This document shows, piece after piece, positions 1 to 8,566 of a stretch of 64,000 nucleotides of DNA (positions are counted from its first letter, which is position 1; the number at the start of each line of letters is the position of its first letter). The notes beneath the pieces are model-generated. The model had not been told where the DNA came from, made no database searches, and worked only from the letters and a program-made list of their open reading frames with translations. The position numbers and the translations under genes are program-made. Source of the stretch: an uncultured Candidatus Rokubacteria bacterium (lineage in GTDB: Bacteria > Methylomirabilota > Methylomirabilia > Rokubacteriales > DASRDR01); assembly GCA_963708025.1 (NCBI GenBank), contig CAVPSB010000049.1, forward strand, positions 1 to 64,000, given 5' to 3'.

Positions 1-112
1 CGGTCGCCTATCACTGTTCCGGCCGGCGTCCGGGGCGTGGCGGGGCCGCCAGGTGCCATCTCCCCTCCGCCATGTGCCGCCCTCCGCCGGCGCCACCAAG
101 TGACCCGCGCCC

Positions 113-695
113 TTGACACCACAGACCTGGCGGACCTTTCTCGACCACCACGTCGGGAGCCTCGTCTCCGTGGACTTCTTCACCGTGCCCACCGTGATGT
201 TCAAGGTCTTGTTCGTCTTCGTGGTCCTGGCGCACGACCGCCGACGCGTCCTCCACATCAACGTGACCGACGCCCCCACGGCGCAGTGGACGGCCCAGCA
301 GCTCGTGGAGGCGTTCCCCTGGGAGACCGCCCCACGCTACCTCCTGCGCGACCGCGATGCGGTCTACGGGGTCGCGTTCTCCAGCCGACTCCAAGCCCTG
401 GGGATCCTCGAAGTCAAGACGGCGCCTCGGTCTCCTTGGCAGAATCCCTATGTCGAACGCCTCATCGGCACCCTGCGCCGCGAGTGCCTCGATCACGTCG
501 TCGTCCTTCCACGAGACCCACTTGTGTCGCCTGCTGCGCGACTACCTCGTCTACTACCACAGTGCCCGAACACACCTTTCCCTCGACAAGGACGCCCCGG
601 AGCCCAGACCTGTGGAGCGCCGCGATCAGGGCAGGGTCGTCGAGACGCCCCTGGTCGGCGGCCTTCATCATCGCTACAGCCGGCTGGCGGCGTAA
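113..695 (+). pseudogene. Integrase-core (rve/DDE) IS transposase, 3' remnant with frameshift near 505
   Basis: QTWRTFLDHH..SVDFFTV..YLLRDRD..SPWQNPYVERLIGTLRRECLDH continues in another frame as HLCRLLRDYLVYYHSARTHLSL..GGLHHRY; N-terminal part absent. Confidence 0.85.
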
Positions 696-1229
696 GCTCC
701 GGCCTGGGGTGTGCCCGCCACGCGGAACTCGCCGGGCGGCCGGTCAGTACGGTCCGCCTGGGTCTTCCTCGGCCTTGCGTCTGAAACTCCACACGGTCCA
801 CGGTAGTGCACGCTGGGTGTCCCTCGGAACCAAGGCCCGGTGCTCCTGACGAACGGCCGCAGCCGGTCCTCCGAACACCTGGATGGGTCAAACGGAAGGG
901 ACACGCCCGCCCGCGCCCGCTCCGGTAAGCGCCAACACGCTTCGTGGCGAGCCGGCTCTCCCGGGGCCATCCCCCCCACACCTTCCCCCGTCTCGGATCG
1001 CTTTCCTAGAGGGCTCCTCGCCGCTCTCAGCGACCGTGCGAGCGGGTGTCGCGCCGTCCCGGCCGTGTATCCCGTCGGGACCGACGGGTCGCGCCGCGGG
1101 GCCCGCGGGACCCCCGTGCGAAGCGGACCAGCTCGAGAACAGGCAAAGTACGGGCAAAGTCGGCGGGATCCACCGAGTGAGGCCGGGTGACGTGCACGTG
1201 GTAACTATGGGATTTCATGGCGATCGAGC

Positions 1230-1306
1230 TGGTGCTGGTGGCGGGAGTCGAACCCGCACTGGGCCGATTTTAAGTCGGCTGCCTCTGCCAATTGGGCTAC
1301 ACCAGC
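1230..1306 (-). tRNA. tRNA-Leu(UAA), short variable arm, CCA encoded
   Basis: Reverse complement GCTGGTGTAGCCCAATTGGCAGAGGCAGCCGACTTAAAATCGGCCCAGTGCGGGTTCGACTCCCGCCACCAGCACCA folds as a cloverleaf with anticodon TAA. Confidence 0.95.
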
Positions 1307-1307
1307 A
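1266..1307. repeat. att core repeat, copy inside the intact tRNA-Leu
   Basis: GATTTTAAGTCGGCTGCCTCTGCCAATTGGGCTACACCAGCA, identical to 8567-8608. Confidence 0.95.
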
Positions 1308-1327
1308 GCCCCTTATCTTCCCGGAGG

Positions 1328-2401
1328 TTAGTCTACACGCGCGGGCGCCGTTCCCGCGATGCCCGCCGGCGCCGTCAAAGTTTTCTCGAAGTTCTGTAGC
1401 GGGTTGACGAGCCGCTCGACCGCCTGGTGGAGATGGGCGGGGGCGAGGTGGGCGTACCGCTGGACCATCGCCAGCGTCTTCCACCCGCCGAGCTCCTGGA
1501 CGGTGCGGAGATCGACGCCGGCCATCACCAGCCGGCTCGCGAAGGTATGCCGGCACCCGTGCCACGTGAAGCCGTCGAGCCGGCTGGTGTCATCCCCGGC
1601 CTCGCGGCGCTGCGCCTGCGCCAGTACGACCGCGCGGCCGAGTGCCCGGTTGACGGTGCGGTACGCGAGCCCGAAGACCGGCTCGTCGGGATCATCGGGC
1701 CGCCGGCGCCGGGACGCCACATCGACGAGCACAGAGCGGACCACCGAGTTGATCGGCACCCGGCGCCCGTAGCCGTTCTTGCTCCGCCCTACGCCGATGG
1801 AGCCGACGAGCACGTCAACGTCGCGCCAGAGGAGCGCCGCCTGCTCGGACCAGCGCAAGCCGGTATGGAGTGCCGCGGTGAAGGCGGGCCGAAACTCCGG
1901 GGGAAGGCCGTCGCGGACGGCCGACTCTTCCGGGGGCATGAGGTAGAGGATCCGGCCCCCCGGTTCCTTGCTCTTCGGGATTCCCCGGGCCGGGTTGCGC
2001 TCGACCAGGCCGAGCCGGATGGCGCGCTTGAACATCCCCGACACCCGATCCCGGTAGCGGTTCACCGTCGAGGGGGACAGCGGTGTCGGCGCCGTGCGGA
2101 GCGCCGTCAGGAACTGCTCGACGTCGGCGCTGGTGATTGAGTCGAGCGGGCGGCTCCCCCACGCGGCGACTACTCGGGCCACCTCGCCCCGCGCCGTTTT
2201 GCGGCTTCGATGCACGGTTGCCGACCACGCGAGATAGTCGGTGGCGTACGCGGCGAACGTCACGTGCTCCCGGCGCGCGTCCGCTCGAGCCGCGCGGCGC
2301 TCGACGGCCGGGCACCAGCCGGGCTCGTGGGCGCGGCCGCGCCGGTCGTGGTAGCGCTGGATCGCCTCGCTCTTGACGGGCCCGATCTTTTCCTGGTGCA
2401 C
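1328..2401 (-). CDS. int: Tyrosine recombinase / phage integrase (start uncertain; frame open to 2614)
   Basis: Catalytic motifs TGLRWSE, SKNG, HGCRHTFASRL, LGGWK, RYAH; SAM-like region STVNRY. Confidence 0.93.
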   Translation of the reverse strand: MHQEKIGPVKSEAIQRYHDRRGRAHEPGWCPAVERRAARADARREHVTFAAYATDYLAWSATVHRSRKTARGEVARVVAAWGSRPLDSITSADVEQFLTALRTAPTPLSPSTVNRYRDRVSGMFKRAIRLGLVERNPARGIPKSKEPGGRILYLMPPEESAVRDGLPPEFRPAFTAALHTGLRWSEQAALLWRDVDVLVGSIGVGRSKNGYGRRVPINSVVRSVLVDVASRRRRPDDPDEPVFGLAYRTVNRALGRAVVLAQAQRREAGDDTSRLDGFTWHGCRHTFASRLVMAGVDLRTVQELGGWKTLAMVQRYAHLAPAHLHQAVERLVNPLQNFEKTLTAPAGIAGTAPARVD

Positions 2402-2440
2402 GTGCCCCTGATCGCCGGCGAGGCACGCTGGCGCGATGTC

Positions 2441-3043
2441 GTGTCGCGCACGACGCCCGCCGAACGCCGACGCCTGCTCGGTCTCCTCGCCCCATCCCTG
2501 CTCGAGCTCGGCGAGGGGGCCCGGCGCCTCGCGGCCCGACCGGCGAACGGACCACGCCCGCCCGAGACACCGGCGGCGCTCCGACGCCGGGTGCGGGAGT
2601 CGCTCCAGTTCCACGGCGATGAGCCGATGTTCACCCTCGCGGTCGACGCGCTCGCGGGCCTCGTCCCTGACCCGGTCCGTCGCTTCGTGCTTGAGGAGAT
2701 CGCGATCGTCGCGTCAGGCTGGAGCACGCGGGGCTGGACGGCGCCACTCGGCCTCGTGCATCCGGACCGTCGCCCCCGATCGTACGTAATCGTCCTGTCA
2801 GGCATCGAGCGTGATGCCGAGGCCGTGACCCTCGTGCTTCTCCATGAAGTCGCGCACAACTGGGAGTCGTCCCCCCGCTGTGCCGTGACGCCCTTGGCGT
2901 CCGGCCGACAAGCGCTCGCCGCGCTCGCCCGGGAGCAGGCCTGGCCGGCCCTCGCCACGCGCGCCGACAGCGAGCACCGCGCGGACACGCTCGCCCTCGC
3001 CTGGCTGTGCGCGGCAGAGCCCGAGAAGCCGGCCGATGGCTGA
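2441..3043 (+). CDS. Hypothetical protein with HExxH zinc-peptidase motif (ImmA/IrrE-like?); start 2441 or 2627
   Basis: VLLHEVAHNW followed by SEHRADTLA (E..A motif). Confidence 0.6.
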   Translation: MSRTTPAERRRLLGLLAPSLLELGEGARRLAARPANGPRPPETPAALRRRVRESLQFHGDEPMFTLAVDALAGLVPDPVRRFVLEEIAIVASGWSTRGWTAPLGLVHPDRRPRSYVIVLSGIERDAEAVTLVLLHEVAHNWESSPRCAVTPLASGRQALAALAREQAWPALATRADSEHRADTLALAWLCAAEPEKPADG

Positions 3044-3129
3044 GGGGTGGGGGCTTAGGTTCTTCCGCCGCGTCCACGGAGCGGAGGGGCGGAGGCGCGC
3101 CGCCGGGGCACGCTGGTAAGGCGCCTTAG

Positions 3130-3972
3130 ATGACGACCCAGGGGCTGACCCGGCACGAGTTGTCACACCACTTGAAGATCTCGGGCTCTAGCGTCAACCG
3201 GCTCATCGCCGCCGGGCTCCGCCCGGTGGGGACCCGCGGCCCCGCCAAGCTCTACAGCCCGACCGCCGCGCGCGCCGCCCTCCGCCGAGCCGCGGCCGCC
3301 GGGCCCGGAACCGAGTACGGCGCGGCCCTGCTGTCGCTCTTCCTGGCGCAAGCCGAGGAGGCCCGCGCGCGGGAGGGGGAGCTCCGCCGCCAGCATATCC
3401 ACGAGAGCGAGTGGGTCGTCGGGCTGCGCCTCGAGCTCGCGGCCGTCCGCGAGGTCCTGGCTGAGTGGCTCACCACGGCTCCGGATCGCGTGGCGGCGAT
3501 CGCCCGGCCCGGCGGCCCCCGGGTGTTTCCGGGCGATGATCCGCGCGCCATCGGGTATGCCGTGCAAGAGCTCGTGAGCCGCCCGCTGCTCGAGGCGATC
3601 GCCGCCCGCGTCAACGCCCTCCCGCCGCCGCCCGCGCCGGCCGGGTCGTCGCCGGGTCGTCGCCGGCCGACGACGATCGCCGAGGCGCGGGCCGCGCTGC
3701 TCCGCGCCCGCGGCGCCGTCGCGCAGCTTCGCGCCGACATCAAGAGCGATCGCGCCTGGCGCCCGCGCCCGGCGGTCGAGCGGGGCCTCGGTGATGCGCG
3801 CGCCAATGCCCGCGACACGATCTGGACCGGCCTCCCCGCCACTGTCCTGCGCGGCCGGGCCGACGACCGCCGCGGCACCATGCCCAGCGTCCTCCAGGCG
3901 ATCGCCGCCGATTGCGGCGAGGCCCTCGAGGCCGCGCTCCCCCGGCGGCCCGGGGGCCGGAGGCGTCGATGA
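3130..3972 (+). CDS. Nu1/terminase small subunit-like wHTH and coiled-coil protein
   Basis: N-terminal LTRHELSHHLKISGSSVNRLIAAGL..KLYS and AQAEEARARE..LAAVREVL resemble the lambda gpNu1 architecture. Confidence 0.55.
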   Translation: MTTQGLTRHELSHHLKISGSSVNRLIAAGLRPVGTRGPAKLYSPTAARAALRRAAAAGPGTEYGAALLSLFLAQAEEARAREGELRRQHIHESEWVVGLRLELAAVREVLAEWLTTAPDRVAAIARPGGPRVFPGDDPRAIGYAVQELVSRPLLEAIAARVNALPPPPAPAGSSPGRRRPTTIAEARAALLRARGAVAQLRADIKSDRAWRPRPAVERGLGDARANARDTIWTGLPATVLRGRADDRRGTMPSVLQAIAADCGEALEAALPRRPGGRRRR

Positions 3973-4160
3973 GCGCCGCGGACTACCGGGTGGTGCTCCT
4001 CAAGCGCTTGGAGCTCCGCGTCCAGGCGGACTCCGAAAGCGAAGCGATCGCCTGGGCCGTCGCGGTCGCGGACGGTGAGGCGAGTCCGCGCGTCCGCGCG
4101 CGCGTGGCCTTCGTCGGCAAGCGCCTAGTCGTCGAGCACGTCGAGGCGCCGGCGCCGTGA
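3969..4160 (+). CDS. Small hypothetical phage-type protein
   Basis: ATGA overlap with upstream gene and GTGA overlap with downstream gene; MSAADYRVVLLKRLELRVQADSESEAI. Confidence 0.6.
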   Translation: MSAADYRVVLLKRLELRVQADSESEAIAWAVAVADGEASPRVRARVAFVGKRLVVEHVEAPAP

Positions 4161-4438
4161 GGGACAAGCGACTCGCCGACCTCCCGCTGGTGACGGTCAA
4201 CCCCGGCGACAACCTGGGGGCGGCCCTCAAGGCCCTCGATAAGAGGGTGCAACAGAGCGGGCTGCCGGCCGCCCTGGTCCGGAGCCAGATCGCCTCCCCG
4301 CGCGAGCGCCGCCGGTGGAAGCAAGCCCGGGCTCGCGCCCGAGCCGCGCGGTCGGCCCAGCGGCAGGCCGAGGCCGAGAGCGCCAAGGGGGCGTCGCGAG
4401 GACCCCTGACGGTTGACGATCGCCCCGGTCGGCCTTGA
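4157..4438 (+). CDS. Divergent ribosomal protein bS21-like protein
   Basis: PLVTVNPGDNLGAALKALDKRVQQSGLPAAL..SPRERRRWKQARARAR follows the bS21 pattern V.V....AL+..++....G+......P..+R+.K..A..R. Confidence 0.6.
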   Translation: MRDKRLADLPLVTVNPGDNLGAALKALDKRVQQSGLPAALVRSQIASPRERRRWKQARARARAARSAQRQAEAESAKGASRGPLTVDDRPGRP

Positions 4439-4917
4439 GCAAGCCGCGCCCGGATTGGCCGGGCGTTCCCGTCGGCGGGTCCCGGCCCGCCCGGCGGGGG
4501 CCGGGACGGATGTCGTTCGGGACGGGCGGCCGACGGGGCGAGCCTCAGCGGGCGCCTCGGCCGCCGGGTGTGGGGGCGCGGCGGGCGCGTCAGCGGGCCG
4601 GGAATACTGAGTGGCCAGGGCGCCGTCCGGCTCGATCCTGGAGGCGCTTGGGGCGCGCTGGCGGGATTCTAGGGCGCGCTCAGGATGCGCAGGCGGCCTT
4701 GGCCGGAGCGCCTTTCCCGGGGATTGGGGGGCATGGTAGGCTCCCGGGCTGGGGGGGGTCCTGTCGCTTTTGACCATCCTCGATTCCACCACGCTGGCCC
4801 GGGCGCTGCTCGAGTGGGCCCAATCATGAGGCTCGAGCGAAGCCGGCGCCCCAGTTTGAGCTCGCGTGAGGCGCCGGCCGAGACTGCCCCCCCGGCGGGG
4901 GCGACGGAGGGTGAGCC

Positions 4918-5256
4918 ATGCTGAGGTGTCGTGTTGGGGCGATGATGCTGCTCGCCTGGGTCTTATGGGTTCAACACGAACAACTCAGCGATAGTGCTGT
5001 GGGGCAAGGCTACCGGAGGACCTGGGCTCCCGAAACTGGTTACCCCGATGACGGCTACAGCGACTGTGTACGGGATGCTCGAACCCTCGCAAACCGTCAA
5101 GCCGAAGGAGAGCGGGGGGCGAACGTGGAATCGATTGAGGTAAAGGAACTCATCGGGAATCGGTTCAGTGTCAGCATCAAGCTGAAGAAGGGCGGAAGCA
5201 TATGGCAGCGGTACGTCTGCTTCCCGCACACGGTTAAGCCTGAGGGTGCTGAGTGA
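4918..5256 (+). CDS. Small secreted hypothetical protein
   Basis: Hydrophobic N-terminus, two Cys (SDC..YVCFP), GGAGG upstream, lower GC. Confidence 0.6.
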   Translation: MLRCRVGAMMLLAWVLWVQHEQLSDSAVGQGYRRTWAPETGYPDDGYSDCVRDARTLANRQAEGERGANVESIEVKELIGNRFSVSIKLKKGGSIWQRYVCFPHTVKPEGAE

Positions 5257-5314
5257 GCGACCTGGCCTTTCCCTAGTTGACTCTCGGCCAGGCATTTGCC
5301 GCGGGAGGTGACCC

Positions 5315-5908
5315 ATGTGGCGGTCGTACCTCGAGGCGGTCCCCGTGCTCTTCGCTCATCCCTTCGTAATCGCGGCCTTCGCAGCCCTCATGGCGTACCT
5401 CTTCGCGGAGAAGTGGCAGCGGTGGCGCCAGCGTCGAGACTTTCAGTACCGTGCAACAACCACGCTGTCCAGCGCCAGCGCCACTGTCCTCAAGGTCCTC
5501 TATGAGACGTGGGGGATGCACGACGGCGGCTATGATCGCGAGCACCACCAGGAGCTGCGACGTGAGTACCGGGTCCAGATGATGCCGCTCTTGTCCCTCG
5601 ATGCCGACTTTTTCGCGACGTTCGAAGACGAGAGCCTGCAGGCCGACCTTGGCCATTTGACCGGTGTTCTGAACGCCGCTCACAAAGAGTTGTTCAAAGC
5701 TGGTCGGCTCGGGTCCCTCGATCAGCCCCAGAAGGACCGCGCGCGAGCCATCCTGAAATGCGCGACGGCACAACGGCGCCTCATGATCGCCAAGATGAGT
5801 CGAGAGATGGAGCTCGTGCGCCCCACAGACGATCTCCTTCGGAAGCTTGAGCGACGGGCTCACGACCTCCCAGATGGTGTCACCATTCCCCCCTTAGAAG
5901 ACGCATAG
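5315..5908 (+). CDS. Membrane-anchored helical hypothetical protein
   Basis: SD GGAGGT; one N-terminal TM helix; 197 aa. Confidence 0.7.
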   Translation: MWRSYLEAVPVLFAHPFVIAAFAALMAYLFAEKWQRWRQRRDFQYRATTTLSSASATVLKVLYETWGMHDGGYDREHHQELRREYRVQMMPLLSLDADFFATFEDESLQADLGHLTGVLNAAHKELFKAGRLGSLDQPQKDRARAILKCATAQRRLMIAKMSREMELVRPTDDLLRKLERRAHDLPDGVTIPPLEDA

Positions 5909-5979
5909 AGTGGGGACAGTCGGCCCCGGGCGCCGGCCGGGCGCGATCCTGGGGGCACCGGGGCGCGCTGGGGGGGATG

Positions 5980-6675
5980 CTAGGGGCGGACGGGGCCTGC
6001 TCCCCATGCGAGCGAGGTCTCACGCGCCACGCCGGCGGGAAGCTGCGCCGCAGGAAGGTGGATCACCCCATGGGGACGCTTGATCTCCCACGCGCGCTCG
6101 AACCGGGTGCGCAACTCGACATTCACGGGATCGCGCAGCCTGGCCACATACCAGGCGAAGTGCCCGTTGACGTCGTCCAGAATCTTCTCGGGATCGAGGA
6201 ACACCGCGCTAACTTCGCCGGTCGTCATTGAAACGGACGGCGTGATCGGAGCCGCCATCGGCCTCAGGAGAATGCCAGCGCCCGTGAGGTTGTTGTGAAA
6301 GAGGCCACACCGACCCGATTCGTAGAGTTTCTTCGCCAGGTTCCTCATGACATCGGCGGCCGCTTTCCCGGCCGGCGTCCATCCGACAGCGCGAGCGCCC
6401 TCGGGGGGAAACACGTCGAGGAAACCTGCCGTGAAAAAGCGCTCGGACTTGTGACGGCTGTCCTCCCCGCTCGCGTAGATCCAATAGGTCTCGAAGTAGC
6501 CGATGGTGAGGGCCAGGGCCGCGTGGGCCGAGTGCGGCTTGTCGAGGAGGTATCGCGCCTGGGCGAAGAACCAGCCCTGCATCTGATCTTCGAAGACGTC
6601 GATCTTGTCCTCGATGGCGCCTGACGCCAGCTTGTCGGCCGTGTACTTCGGGCTGACTTGCATTACGAGGCTCAT
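5980..6675 (-). CDS. Hypothetical protein with RxxxxH (HEPN-like) motif
   Basis: Helical protein with LYESGRCGLFHN; natural amino-acid composition. Confidence 0.7.
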   Translation of the reverse strand: MSLVMQVSPKYTADKLASGAIEDKIDVFEDQMQGWFFAQARYLLDKPHSAHAALALTIGYFETYWIYASGEDSRHKSERFFTAGFLDVFPPEGARAVGWTPAGKAAADVMRNLAKKLYESGRCGLFHNNLTGAGILLRPMAAPITPSVSMTTGEVSAVFLDPEKILDDVNGHFAWYVARLRDPVNVELRTRFERAWEIKRPHGVIHLPAAQLPAGVARETSLAWGAGPVRP

Positions 6676-6739
6676 CCCTTCCGCTTCCCCCACCGCGCCC
6701 GCGCGGCCTTCCGGGCGATCGCCTGGCGTTCCTCGGGGG

Positions 6740-6979
6740 TCAAGCGCGGGTCACGACCAGGTAGTCCAGCCCGCTCCAGCTCGCCGGCGGGGGTCCGCGT
6801 CGAACCCGGCGGCGCCGCTCCTGTGGGGACGGATGCGTCACGCCGCGCCGCTCCTCAATCCGACGGTCCCAGATCACCTGGACCAGGTCGCGGGCGAACG
6901 TCGCTGCCAGGATGGTGAAGCAGTCCGCTTGGCCACGGCGCACAATCACCAGGAAACGCGGCGGGTCGCCGATGCTCAT
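6740..6979 (-). CDS. Small hypothetical protein with DRR..ERR..ERR repeats
   Basis: MSIGDPPRFLVIVRRG..VQVIWDRRIEERR..QERRR; GGAG upstream. Confidence 0.6.
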   Translation of the reverse strand: MSIGDPPRFLVIVRRGQADCFTILAATFARDLVQVIWDRRIEERRGVTHPSPQERRRRVRRGPPPASWSGLDYLVVTRA

Positions 6980-7019
6980 GCCCTCTCCGGCGTTGCGATC
7001 ACCTGTCCCCAGGCGCAAC

Positions 7020-7196
7020 TCAGCGCTTCTTCTTGGCCAGCTCCCACCGGGCCCGGGCCGCCTTCCGGGCCAGCGCGCTTCGCTCCTCGGGGGGGACGTT
7101 GGCCCAGCGGGCCGCCGCGGCCTTCTTGGCGCCTTTCGCGGCGCCCTTCTTTCCGAGCGCAACCGCGTGAGGGTTCTTCCGTCGTTTCTTGGCCAT
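7020..7196 (-). CDS. Small basic protein (KNPxAVALG..ARW type), putative nucleic-acid-binding regulator
   Basis: MAKKRRKNPHAVALGKKG..EERSALARKAARARW; extended -10 TGGTAGAAT 7 nt upstream. Confidence 0.7.
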   Translation of the reverse strand: MAKKRRKNPHAVALGKKGAAKGAKKAAAARWANVPPEERSALARKAARARWELAKKKR

Positions 7197-7203
7197 GTCC
7201 GGG

Positions 7204-7267
7204 ATTCTACCATGCATGCGACGGCGGACGCAGATGCTTGACATGCATCCGGCGCCGGATGCATGAT
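7204..7267. promoter_or_regulatory. Divergent promoters with palindromic operator(s)
   Basis: TTGACA 7238-7243 and CATGAT 7262-7267 (+); TGGTAGAAT 7204-7212 (-); perfect 24-bp palindrome 7242-7265. Confidence 0.7.
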
Positions 7268-7354
7268 GAGGCCGGAACGCAGGTGCCCCGGCGAGCGCGC
7301 TAACGCTCCCGGGGCGTGGTCCGCCACCACCAGCACCCTTGTGAGGAGACGACA

Positions 7355-7573
7355 ATGGCGAACACCCGTAGTGTACCCCGCCCCCCGAGCCCCCGGAAGC
7401 CGCTCCCGCGGCCCGACCGCGCCGCCCAGGGCGGCACGGACGCCTACCTCGCCGAGCTCGCGCGAGCCGTGGCCCAGTTGCGGGCCGTCGCGGACCGCCA
7501 CAACGACGCGATCCGGCTCCTGGAGGTCGGCCTCCAGCGGGCCGCCGCGACCCTCGAGGAGGTGACGCGATGA
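7355..7573 (+). CDS. Small coiled-coil hypothetical protein
   Basis: SD GAGGAG, ATG at 7355, ATGA coupling to the next ORF. Confidence 0.6.
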   Translation: MANTRSVPRPPSPRKPLPRPDRAAQGGTDAYLAELARAVAQLRAVADRHNDAIRLLEVGLQRAAATLEEVTR

Positions 7574-8328
7574 GCACCCCGAAGCGCCGCCCCGCAGCGA
7601 AACCCGTCATCAGGCGGCCCGACCGCGCCACCCGAGAGCCTGGCCTCCCTGGCGCGCGACCTCCAGGGCGACGTCGGCTGCGTCCGCGCGATCGCGATCA
7701 GCCTGCACGATCTGCAGTACCAGTACATGCCCTGCCGCACGGCGGAGCAGTTCGATTGGCTCCGGTCCATCCTGCTCGATCGGCTGCAGGAGGAGAGCGA
7801 CGAGCTCGCGCGGACGGCCCGGCAGCTCGTCCAGCTCGCCGGCGAGGTGGCTCAGTGAGCCCGCGCGCGGCCGCGCCCGCCCGCCCGCCGGATCCCGAGC
7901 GCCCGGCGCCCTCCGCTGACGACGTGACCCTGGCCCTGGATCGGCTGGCCGCGGGCCTCTGGCTCCTGGACGCCGTCCACTACGGGGAGTTGTCGCTCCT
8001 GTTCCGGAAGAGCGAGAAGACCGTCGGCCTGGTGGCGCGCGTGGCCGTTCCCTATGCGACCGGCCAACCTGAAGGCCTGGCTCGAGGACATGGCGCTCAA
8101 GTACTCGGCCGAGGCGCTCCACGAGAGCTACGGCGAGCTCCGCAAGCTGGTGGCCCGGCTGCAGCCGGAGGAGACGCGGGCCCCCGACGAAACTTGGGGC
8201 CACGCCCCCCCAAGTTTCAAGAAGTCAGGTGGCGCCGGGACGCGGAAGACGACCGAGCTCGAGGACCTCGAGAAGCACGGACGCGGACCTGGTGGGAGGC
8301 GCTGAAGGCCGAGAGGACCGCGCCGTAG
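7570..8328 (+). CDS. Two small helical hypothetical proteins (about 7570-7858 and 7855-8328), apparently frameshifted
   Basis: Protein-like segments switch frames (ESLASLARDLQGD..GEVAQ*; DDVTLALDRL.. to NLKAWLEDMALKY..). Confidence 0.4.
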   Translation: MSTPKRRPAAKPVIRRPDRATREPGLPGARPPGRRRLRPRDRDQPARSAVPVHALPHGGAVRLAPVHPARSAAGGERRARADGPAARPARRRGGSVSPRAAAPARPPDPERPAPSADDVTLALDRLAAGLWLLDAVHYGELSLLFRKSEKTVGLVARVAVPYATGQPEGLARGHGAQVLGRGAPRELRRAPQAGGPAAAGGDAGPRRNLGPRPPKFQEVRWRRDAEDDRARGPREARTRTWWEALKAERTAP

Positions 8329-8566
8329 GTGAGCCCTGGCCGAGCGCGGCCGGGGGGGGTGACGCCCTTGGCCGCGCCGGCTCCCCTTCCCCGGCCCCCG
8401 TTTCCCCGTCGAAGTTTCGTCGAAGTTCTACACCTCATTTGGCCTCATTCGGTGTCACTCCCGCTCGGAAGGCTCACGCTGGTATCCGGGCCGAGGTGCC
8501 CGTCAGGATTGAGCGTTTCGCACATGGAGTGAGCGGGAGTGATACGGAGCGAGAGGCGGCCGACCG

